From: Candidatus Nanogingivalaceae bacterium
Lineage (GTDB): Bacteria; Patescibacteriota; Saccharimonadia; Saccharimonadales; Saccharimonadaceae
Length of the DNA stretch: 32,000 nt
Assembly: GCA_015257795.3 (NCBI GenBank)
Contig: CP072208.2
Span: forward strand, 150,001-182,000
Reading direction: 5' to 3'
The notes beneath the pieces were generated by a model. That model was not told the origin of the DNA, did no database searches, and saw only the letters and a program-made list of their open reading frames with translations. This document shows, piece after piece, positions 8,940 through 15,069 of the stretch. Both the position numbers and the translations under genes were made by a program. Numbering within the stretch: the stretch's first letter is position 1; every line of letters begins with the position of its first letter.

Positions 8940-8976
8940 TTGATTCCTTTTTTGATTTTTGCTTTAAAACATAACT

Positions 8977-9005
8977 ATAATAACATAAAAAATAAAAAAA
9001 GTCAA
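8977..9005 (-). promoter_or_regulatory. Promoter TTGACT-17-TATTAT (- strand) for the 8613..8939 gene
   Basis: Plus strand agtcaa at 9000..9005 and ataata at 8977..8982 are the reverse complements of the two hexamers. Confidence 0.45.
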
Positions 9006-9006
9006 T

Positions 9007-9035
9007 AGAAAACCCTGCCAAAAAATGACAGGGTG
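9007..9035 (-). terminator. Intrinsic terminator of the 9052..9420 gene
   Basis: On the - strand, the hairpin CCCTGTCA / TGGCAGGG (one mismatch) is followed by TTTTCT. Confidence 0.55.
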
Positions 9036-9051
9036 TGTTGACCGCGAGCTT

Positions 9052-9420
9052 CTAGGAACGATATAATGTATGATTTTTTGGTAAAAATTTTCGAATATTA
9101 CCATGAAGCCAAATCCGTGCAAATCCTTCATTTTCTTTTATTAGAAAATCAATTCTTTGAATAGATTTAAATAACGGACTCATACTTATGACATTATTGA
9201 TATCGTAGACATATTCTTTTTTGAAAGTCTCACTAAGTGGAACTTCAACAATACAACTTCTTCCAATAGAGCATAGGTTAACAAGTCTTCTAACTTCAGC
9301 ATCAGGAAGGCTTTTAAAAGCCTCGCGAACGACTTTTGATAGCTCATTGTGATAAGCTACAGATGAGATATCGCGGGCGTTTTGAATACGTTCACCGCTT
9401 GTTAAGGTTCTTTTAGACAT
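9052..9420 (-). CDS. Orphan hypothetical protein (~122 aa)
   Basis: An AAGGAGG SD lies 8 nt upstream of the ATG at 9420; the TTG at 9426 used by the ORF track is less likely. The gene has its own promoter and terminator. No family recognised. Confidence 0.6.
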   Translation of the reverse strand: MSKRTLTSGERIQNARDISSVAYHNELSKVVREAFKSLPDAEVRRLVNLCSIGRSCIVEVPLSETFKKEYVYDINNVISMSPLFKSIQRIDFLIKENEGFARIWLHGNIRKFLPKNHTLYRS

Positions 9421-9480
9421 AAGCAATGCCTCCTTTTCTAAAGTGCTTCCCAGGATAGGGATAGTGTAATTTATAATATA

Positions 9481-9509
9481 ATTTTACTTCCTTAACAGTA
9501 AAAAGTCAA
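9481..9509 (-). promoter_or_regulatory. Promoter TTGACT-17-TAAAAT (- strand) for the 9052..9420 gene
   Basis: Plus strand agtcaa at 9504..9509 and atttta at 9481..9486 are separated by a 17-nt spacer. Confidence 0.5.
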
Positions 9510-9510
9510 G

Positions 9511-9536
9511 TAAAAACCCCGAGCTTAATCGGGGCT
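9511..9536 (-). terminator. Intrinsic terminator of the 9543..10196 gene
   Basis: The stem CCCCGA / TCGGGG has a 6-nt loop, followed on the - strand by TTTTTA. Confidence 0.65.
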
Positions 9537-9542
9537 TTAAGG

Positions 9543-10196
9543 TTAAAAATCCAGCCTATTTATTTGAGCGTATAAATTATAACCTTGTTTACGAATTTCG
9601 CTATTAGCGTGCGGTCTTCGAAAACCAACGATATTTTTAAATATTTTAGGGTATCGTTTTAAATGTCTCTGTAAAGGGATTAATTTAGTGCGCTTAGGTA
9701 AAATGATTGGAATTTCAATTATTCCGTTAACATAAATTTGCTCACGGAGCTTTTTATATTCATCTTTCGAAAGCTTTTTAATATGTTTTTTAACCTCCTC
9801 TAAGGCTATCTTAGAATAGTGTAGAGCACTTTCGGTAGGTCTGTCTAGTTTTAGGACACTTTTTGGTGCTATTAGAAAGACGATCTGATCTACACCATCT
9901 TTTTCGGCTTCATATTCTTCATAAATGTGAAACTTACTATTAACATTCCTGCGAACTTCGGTGAATTTACCATTTCCGTAGCCTTTTTCAAGTGCTATGG
10001 CTTTTGGGATACTAATTTTTGTGGAATATTTCCTCCAAAAATCAGAATGTCCTTCTGGAACAGTTTGTCGTTCAATTGATTGACCTAGATTTTTACAGAT
10101 ATATTCGACAATTTCAGCTAAAATTAGCATATACTCTTCTTGTAGTTTTTCTAGTTCGGCTGTTCGAGCTAAGGGTTTGCTAACAGAATTTGTCAT
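9543..10196 (-). CDS. Orphan hypothetical protein (217 aa), basic C-terminal half
   Basis: It has a strong AGGAGGA SD 7 nt upstream of the ATG, a perfect consensus promoter and its own terminator. No family recognised. Confidence 0.7.
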   Translation of the reverse strand: MTNSVSKPLARTAELEKLQEEYMLILAEIVEYICKNLGQSIERQTVPEGHSDFWRKYSTKISIPKAIALEKGYGNGKFTEVRRNVNSKFHIYEEYEAEKDGVDQIVFLIAPKSVLKLDRPTESALHYSKIALEEVKKHIKKLSKDEYKKLREQIYVNGIIEIPIILPKRTKLIPLQRHLKRYPKIFKNIVGFRRPHANSEIRKQGYNLYAQINRLDF

Positions 10197-10297
10197 AGAA
10201 AATTCCTCCTGGATTTTTACTGGAATTTTACTTTCGAAAAGTAGTTAAGATTCTATTCATGAAAGTAAAAAAGTTTTAAAGAACGAAATACTTTTAT

Positions 10298-10326
10298 ATT
10301 ATACAATTTTATGTTAATAAAGTCAA
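10298..10326 (-). promoter_or_regulatory. Consensus promoter TTGACT-17-(TG)TATAAT (- strand) for the 9543..10196 gene, ~100-nt leader
   Basis: Plus strand agtcaa is at 10321..10326 and attata at 10298..10303. The leader contains the near-palindrome TACTTTTCGAAAGTA (10229..10243). Confidence 0.55.
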
Positions 10327-10358
10327 ATTAAAAAGGGGTTAAAATTTCAGAAGAACTG

Positions 10359-10367
10359 TGGTAAAAT
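10359..10367 (+). promoter_or_regulatory. Extended -10 TGgTAAAAT of serS, ATG 6 nt downstream
   Basis: TAAAAT is at 10362..10367 and the ATG at 10374, with no SD between them. This is a leaderless candidate. Confidence 0.5.
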
Positions 10368-10373
10368 TAGTTT

Positions 10374-11636
10374 ATGTTAGATATTAGATTTATCCGTGAA
10401 AATGCCGAGCGTGTGCAGAAGGACGCACTGAATAAAGGTTATAAAAATGCCGATATTCAAGCTGTAATTGCGCTTGATGACGAAAGAAAAACTCTTACAG
10501 CTCAGATTGATGAACTTCGCACACGACGCAACCAAATCGCTTCTTCAATGAAAAATTCTGGCGGAAGACCAAGCGATGAACAAATTGCTGAAGGTAAAAA
10601 AATTAAAGAAGAGCTTGCTGAAATCGAAAAGAAATACCGTGAACTTAATGAAAAACTTTCAACAGCTTTGAACGGAATTCCAAATATTCTTCAAGACGAT
10701 GTGCCAATCGGTAAAGAAGGTGAAGATGATCTAGTTAAAACTTGGGGCGAAGAACTTTTCGAAAGCCGTAAGGGTGCGCAAGATCATCTTGATTTCGCAA
10801 ATAAAAAGAACTGGGTTGATTTCGAACGTGGATCAAAAGTTGCTGGAACAAAATTCTATTTCTTAAAGGGTGATTTAGCGCTTCTTGAGAATGCGATTTA
10901 TCAGTTTGCACTCAATAAATTAATTTCAAAGGGCTTTAATTTCATGACCGTTCCACACATGGTGAACGGTGAAGTTGCTACCGGAACTGGTTTTGCTCCA
11001 CGATCGAGCGATCAAAGTGATGAATATTTTATTGAAGGTGAAGATTTAAGCCTAATTGCTACAGCTGAAATGTCACTAACTGGTTATCACGCTGGTGAAA
11101 TCTTAAACGAAAAAGATTTACCAATTTTCTATGCTGGATATTCACCGTGTTATCGAAAAGAAGCGGGAACTTACGGTAAACATACGCGTGGGCTTTTCCG
11201 TGTTCATCAGTTTAACAAGCTTGAAATGTATGCATATACTCTACCTGAACAAAGTGTTGAAACGCACCAGAAGATTTTAGCGGTTGAGGAAGAAATCTAT
11301 CAAGACCTTGGCATTCCTTATCGTGTGATTAATATTGCGAGTGGCGACCTGGGCGCACCAGCTTCAAAGAAATACGATATTGAATATTGGAGTCCAGTTG
11401 ATGGAGCTTATCGCGAAATTACAAGCTGTTCAAACTGTACAGATTATCAGGCGCGAAACTTGAATATTCGTGTGCGTCGTGAAAATGGTGATTTGCAGGT
11501 TGTTCACACTTTGAATGGTACTGCGGTATCGCTTGCTCGCTGTCTTGTTGCAGCTATCGAAAACTTCCAAGATGGTGACGATCTTGTTATTCCAGAAGTA
11601 CTTCGACCATATATGAATAATCGCGAACGAATCTAA
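10374..11636 (+). CDS. serS: Seryl-tRNA synthetase
   Basis: It has the N-terminal coiled-coil arm (MLDIRFIRENAERV..) and class II motifs (FRVHQFNKLEMY, GTAVSLARCLVAAIENFQ). Confidence 0.97.
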   Translation: MLDIRFIRENAERVQKDALNKGYKNADIQAVIALDDERKTLTAQIDELRTRRNQIASSMKNSGGRPSDEQIAEGKKIKEELAEIEKKYRELNEKLSTALNGIPNILQDDVPIGKEGEDDLVKTWGEELFESRKGAQDHLDFANKKNWVDFERGSKVAGTKFYFLKGDLALLENAIYQFALNKLISKGFNFMTVPHMVNGEVATGTGFAPRSSDQSDEYFIEGEDLSLIATAEMSLTGYHAGEILNEKDLPIFYAGYSPCYRKEAGTYGKHTRGLFRVHQFNKLEMYAYTLPEQSVETHQKILAVEEEIYQDLGIPYRVINIASGDLGAPASKKYDIEYWSPVDGAYREITSCSNCTDYQARNLNIRVRRENGDLQVVHTLNGTAVSLARCLVAAIENFQDGDDLVIPEVLRPYMNNRERI

Positions 11637-11649
11637 AAAGATAAAATAA

Positions 11650-11665
11650 GCACTAAATATAGCGT
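11650..11665. promoter_or_regulatory. NrdR-box-like operator 1 (GCACTAAATATAGCGT)
   Basis: It is a close match to the published 16-bp NrdR-box consensus acaCwAtATaTwGtgt. Confidence 0.55.
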
Positions 11666-11680
11666 TTTGTAAATTTTACA

Positions 11681-11696
11681 ACACTAAATATAGTGC
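11681..11696. promoter_or_regulatory. NrdR-box-like operator 2 (ACACTAAATATAGTGC)
   Basis: About 14 of 16 positions match the NrdR-box consensus. It lies exactly 31 bp from box 1 and overlaps the -35 region of the nrdH promoter. With the following T-run it may also act as the serS terminator hairpin. Confidence 0.6.
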
Positions 11697-11712
11697 TTTT
11701 TTATTTTGCTTA

Positions 11713-11721
11713 TGCTATAAT
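11713..11721 (+). promoter_or_regulatory. Extended -10 TGcTATAAT of nrdH
   Basis: TATAAT is at 11716..11721. The leader carries an AGAGGTG SD 7 nt before the ATG at 11757. Confidence 0.5.
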
Positions 11722-11756
11722 ATTAAATATAGCCAGAGTAGAAAGAGGTGATTTAT

Positions 11757-12032
11757 ATGGCTAAAGTAGTTTACGTATACACTAAGCCTAATTGTGTTCA
11801 GTGTAGAATGGTTAAGAGATATCTAGATAATAAAAAGATTCCTTTTATAGAAATCAATATTGAAAACGATGAAGATGTAATTAACTTCTTAAAAGGGCAA
11901 GGTATTTCATCTGCGCCTGCAATTTTTTATGGTGAAACAGATAAGAACAACGGTCTTCTCTTAGAAAACGCCACAAATTTTACAGGCAATAACCAAAATG
12001 AGTTGAAAAAACTCGTTGAATTTTTTGAATAA
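11757..12032 (+). CDS. nrdH: NrdH-like glutaredoxin-like redoxin
   Basis: It has the CVQC active site at the N-terminus of a thioredoxin-fold-sized protein (VYVYTKPNCVQCRMVKRYL). NrdR-type boxes lie upstream. Confidence 0.75.
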   Translation: MAKVVYVYTKPNCVQCRMVKRYLDNKKIPFIEINIENDEDVINFLKGQGISSAPAIFYGETDKNNGLLLENATNFTGNNQNELKKLVEFFE

Positions 12033-12056
12033 CTCGTGTAGGACGGGTTATTTTTC
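12031..12056 (+). terminator. Intrinsic terminator of nrdH
   Basis: The stem AACTCGT / ACGGGTT (one G-U pair) has a 5-nt loop and is followed by ATTTTTCTT. Confidence 0.5.
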
Positions 12057-12085
12057 TTGACAAAATGAAATGTTTATGCTAATAT
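12057..12085 (+). promoter_or_regulatory. Promoter of hpf (TTGACA-17-TGcTAATAT)
   Basis: A perfect -35 TTGACA is at 12057..12062 and the -10 TAATAT at 12080..12085. This places the ORF-track start (12070) inside the promoter. Confidence 0.55.
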
Positions 12086-12117
12086 GGAGCTGTAAACTAA
12101 CAAAAAAGGATTATACA

Positions 12118-12486
12118 ATGATTTCACGAATTGAAATTACAGGAAACAAATACGAAGTTGATGAAACTACACAAAAATATGCAGAAAAACACATCGGTAA
12201 GTTAGATAAATATCTACCACGCCATGCTAAAAAATCAGCATCAGCGCGTGTTGTAATCTCGCAAATTAACGGTGCTCACGACAATAAATATGAAGTTGAA
12301 GCAATTGTTGATGTGCCAGATAAGACTCTAGTTGCAAAAGATCAAAGTTCAAACGTTTTAGCTGCAATTGACATTGTTGAAGCTAAACTAGATGGTCAAA
12401 TTCGTCGCTATAAAACAGAAAAAAATCCACGTCTTGGTAAATCTGGCATTATGGCAAGATTTAAACGCTCACTAAAACGCGGCTAA
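12118..12486 (+). CDS. hpf: Ribosome hibernation promoting factor / RaiA family (short form)
   Basis: MISRIEITGNKYEVDETTQKYAEKHIGKLDKYL and AAIDIVEAKLDGQIRRYK are typical of the sigma54-modulation/S30AE family. An AAAAGGA SD precedes the ATG at 12118. Confidence 0.85.
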   Translation: MISRIEITGNKYEVDETTQKYAEKHIGKLDKYLPRHAKKSASARVVISQINGAHDNKYEVEAIVDVPDKTLVAKDQSSNVLAAIDIVEAKLDGQIRRYKTEKNPRLGKSGIMARFKRSLKRG

Positions 12487-12495
12487 ACTTTTGGT

Positions 12496-12530
12496 AAAAA
12501 CAAGGTTATGAAAGCCTTGTTTTTTATTTG
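12496..12530 (+). terminator. Intrinsic terminator of hpf
   Basis: The stem AACAAGG / CCTTGTT is followed by TTTTTATTT. Confidence 0.65.
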
Positions 12531-12545
12531 ATTTTAAAAAAGTGC

Positions 12546-12574
12546 TTGAAAAGTATGAATATACATGATAGAAT
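12546..12574 (+). promoter_or_regulatory. Promoter TTGAAA-17-(TGa)TAGAAT for the 12621 gene
   Basis: The -35 is at 12546..12551 and the -10 at 12569..12574. Confidence 0.5.
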
Positions 12575-12620
12575 GTAAGCATAAGTGTTTTAAAATAAAT
12601 TTCAAAAGGGAGAAAATAAA

Positions 12621-13907
12621 GTGAAAATAAAAAATATACTTAGTTATTTTTTTATGGTTTTTGGCGCATATTCAATTATAGCGCTCGGTTTTAGTAGTAG
12701 TGCTTTTGCTGCCGAAGTATCGAATTTTACGAAAGTGCTTGAAGATAAAGGCCTTTTAACTATCACTTCAACAGAAACTATAGATAAAGAGATTTCTGTT
12801 GTAAGAGGAAAGATAGATAACTTAAATTTTACTACAATCTCCTGGAATAAAAACGGTTCTTATAAGCTGCAAAAAGGTATAACACAAGCGCAGATTAATC
12901 AAAATTACACTGCACCTTGGAATAAAGACAATATCTTAAATGAGGCTAAAATCCACAATACGCCAGTAATTTTTACAGGTGGTTTTTGGCAACTTGAAAA
13001 TGCTGATAATGGTTGGTCACAACGAGAGCTTGGGCTAGGAAAAAATGGAATTATATACTCGGATGGTAAAGGTGATGTCGAAGTTACTAACTTGAGTAAC
13101 TCGGAAGTTTCGAAAATCTTTCAAAAGATGGGTGATAAAGGTTGGAATATTGGCGCATTTTCACCAATCGTAAAAAATGGAGTTCTCGATTCAACTTTTG
13201 GTCAAAGTAGTGTGTGGCACGGTGATCCAAATGAAAAAAATGCTAGAACAATTTTTATGGAATTCAACAATGGTTTGCAAGCAGTTTTTGTGGTTGATGG
13301 CCACACCTCAACAAAGACAGGTTTAAACCATAACGAAATAATGAACTTGATTAATCAAACGGGTGTTTCAAATATTAAAAATGCCTTCATGCTTGATGGT
13401 GGTGGAACAACTCGTGCATACACTAAATCTGATAACGGAACTGAAACTGTAATGGGCTCATTTGTAGATAATCGTTTCGCCAGTCAATTCTTATATCTTT
13501 CAAAAAATGATGTTAAGCCAGAATTCTCAATTAGCAGGGATAATAACAAGGTTGCTAAAAATGAATCACGAACAGCTACATATGCCGACTGGAAAGCAGC
13601 GTATGATAAGGGTTTGAAATTCATACCTGGAACTCAATACCCAACGGGTGCACCAGAAAAAGCAGAATTGGTCAGTGATCCAAATAGCTCACAAGGAGCT
13701 TCCATAAATCGACAAGATGTGGCCAAAAACGAGGCGGGCGAATCCGCTAAAGGACAGGCGATTAAAGCGCCGAATACAGGAAACAAAACAACTGCCGTGA
13801 ACTATCAAGTGATATTTTTAACAATAGCTAGTGTTGTAGTTGTTAGCTTGGCGGGTTTTGTAACCCTAAAAAGGTTTAAAAACTGCAAAGTTAGAATTCA
13901 AAAATAA
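12621..13907 (+). CDS. Secreted surface protein, phosphodiester glycosidase (DUF2233/NAGPA-like) domain candidate, C-terminal KAPNTG sorting signal
   Basis: The GTG start has an AAGGGAG SD, and a signal peptide is present (..SSSAFA/AE). ARTIFMEF..AVFVVDG....NAFMLDGGGTT resembles the DUF2233 core. The C-terminus is KAPNTG plus a TM helix plus a basic tail. Confidence 0.65.
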   Translation: MKIKNILSYFFMVFGAYSIIALGFSSSAFAAEVSNFTKVLEDKGLLTITSTETIDKEISVVRGKIDNLNFTTISWNKNGSYKLQKGITQAQINQNYTAPWNKDNILNEAKIHNTPVIFTGGFWQLENADNGWSQRELGLGKNGIIYSDGKGDVEVTNLSNSEVSKIFQKMGDKGWNIGAFSPIVKNGVLDSTFGQSSVWHGDPNEKNARTIFMEFNNGLQAVFVVDGHTSTKTGLNHNEIMNLINQTGVSNIKNAFMLDGGGTTRAYTKSDNGTETVMGSFVDNRFASQFLYLSKNDVKPEFSISRDNNKVAKNESRTATYADWKAAYDKGLKFIPGTQYPTGAPEKAELVSDPNSSQGASINRQDVAKNEAGESAKGQAIKAPNTGNKTTAVNYQVIFLTIASVVVVSLAGFVTLKRFKNCKVRIQK

Positions 13908-13930
13908 TTACCAGATAGGTAATATAAAAT

Positions 13931-13965
13931 AAAACGAGACTTATAACAGGGTCTCGTTTTTAAAT
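13931..13965 (+). terminator. Intrinsic terminator
   Basis: A 10-bp stem AAAACGAGAC / GTCTCGTTTT has a 10-nt loop and a T-run. Confidence 0.7.
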
Positions 13966-14004
13966 GTGCGAAAGTTTAAAATATTTTGCTTTTTTATAAA
14001 AATA

Positions 14005-14013
14005 TGATATAAT
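14005..14013 (+). promoter_or_regulatory. Extended -10 TGaTATAAT for the 14057-14975 two-gene unit
   Basis: TATAAT is at 14008..14013, followed by a leader of about 35 nt with a GAGAGGGG SD. Confidence 0.5.
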
Positions 14014-14056
14014 CGGTTTAATGTTGTTATAAAGATTCGAGAGAGGGGTGATCATA

Positions 14057-14533
14057 ATGAATCAACAGCAAGAAACTTTAAATAAGGAGATTGAAATTCC
14101 AGGGATATTGATCGCGTCAATTTCTCGTTCGATTGGTAAATATTTAACAAACTATAAAATCTATTTTTATATGCAAGAGGAAGGTTTTCTTGTACCAGAA
14201 ATTGGTGTTACAGTTATTTTTGATCGCAGGATGCCTTATCCTATAGTAGGTGCTATTATAGATACTATTAGGAAGGAAAATATGAGGGGTATATCGGTTG
14301 AAGATTGCCTTGAGGACTATCAACGATTTATAACTCAAGACTCCACTGAATGGGCGGATAAGCTTGTTGATATAGAGTTTTTAGCCACGTTAGTGGATGA
14401 TGATGACTCATGGATGATGGATGAGGAGATGTCCCTAGTTGCGCTTCAAGACTTAGCTCAATATATAATGGATGTTATTCCGCTATTTTGTTTCTATGTT
14501 AATAGAGGAGGTGATTTTAGCTATGAATGGTGA
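14057..14533 (+). CDS. Orphan acidic protein (~158 aa)
   Basis: A GAGAGGGGTG SD precedes the ATG at 14057. The protein has a very acidic C-terminal half (DDDDSWMMDEEMS). No family recognised. Confidence 0.6.
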   Translation: MNQQQETLNKEIEIPGILIASISRSIGKYLTNYKIYFYMQEEGFLVPEIGVTVIFDRRMPYPIVGAIIDTIRKENMRGISVEDCLEDYQRFITQDSTEWADKLVDIEFLATLVDDDDSWMMDEEMSLVALQDLAQYIMDVIPLFCFYVNRGGDFSYEW

Positions 14534-14975
14534 AGTCACTATTGCTGAACTTTTCGCAAAGTTTGGGCGTAGGTTCGCAATGATTATCGAACCAGATCAC
14601 GATCAAGTTTATGTTGTTACATTTTATGAAATCGTCTTTAATGGTTATGAAAAATATATTAAAAGAAGAACTGTTGAATATTATCAACAAAACTATGATT
14701 TAATACTTCCGGGTTTTGCCGATGAATACGATATAATTGATGCGGTAGATTTAGATCCTCACGTTGAGAATATGCTATTTCATCCGCTTTCGATTTTGAA
14801 TAGAAGGGCTAGTAAAAAAGCTTTACGAACAGCCGAAAATCTTCGAAAATTATCCTCGGCGCTGTTTAAATATGAACAAGCTAGAGAAAATAACTTCGAA
14901 GAGTTTATTGAAAAAGGAGAAGAAATGCGAAAAGGAATTATCAATCTAATTGTGAAAACGTGCGAAAACGTTTAA
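14523..14975 (+). CDS. Orphan protein (~150 aa), translationally coupled to the upstream gene
   Basis: A GAGGAGGTGA SD inside the upstream gene lies 9 nt before the ATG at 14523. The two genes overlap by 11 nt. No family recognised. Confidence 0.6.
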   Translation: MNGEVTIAELFAKFGRRFAMIIEPDHDQVYVVTFYEIVFNGYEKYIKRRTVEYYQQNYDLILPGFADEYDIIDAVDLDPHVENMLFHPLSILNRRASKKALRTAENLRKLSSALFKYEQARENNFEEFIEKGEEMRKGIINLIVKTCENV

Positions 14976-14982
14976 ACTAATC

Positions 14983-15010
14983 AAAAAGTCTCGTAAAGGG
15001 GCTTTTTTTA
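14983..15010 (+). terminator. Possible intrinsic terminator
   Basis: The stem AGTCTC / GGGGCT needs three G-U pairs and is followed by TTTTTTTA. Confidence 0.4.
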
Positions 15011-15022
15011 ATATTAAAATTA

Positions 15023-15031
15023 TGGTAAAAT
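15023..15031 (+). promoter_or_regulatory. Extended -10 TGgTAAAAT upstream of secA
   Basis: TAAAAT is at 15026..15031. The SD GGAGAGGG follows and the ATG is at 15070. Confidence 0.45.
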
Positions 15032-15069
15032 TATAGATAGATTTTATACTGTTTTTAATGGAGAGGGAA

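Noticed and set aside
8613-10326. Calling the three-orphan block a mobile element, prophage remnant or defence island.
   Set aside because: There is no integrase, transposase, flanking direct or inverted repeats, or tRNA target, and no recognisable defence domains. Only its accessory character can be argued.
10197-10373. A T-box or other riboswitch leader upstream of the aminoacyl-tRNA synthetase genes serS and proS.
   Set aside because: serS appears leaderless, with its -10 only 6 nt from the ATG. proS has only a 55-nt spacer, occupied by the greA terminator and an SD. There is no room for a T-box.
12070-12117. N-terminal extensions suggested by the ORF track (hpf from 12070, frr from 20873, CPBP from 22679, ldhA from 25385, nrdH from 11748, second orphan from 14472).
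   Set aside because: The extensions begin with alternative starts inside promoter elements or upstream genes and add non-homologous residues. The internal ATGs have a proper SD or -10 spacing and give canonical protein lengths.
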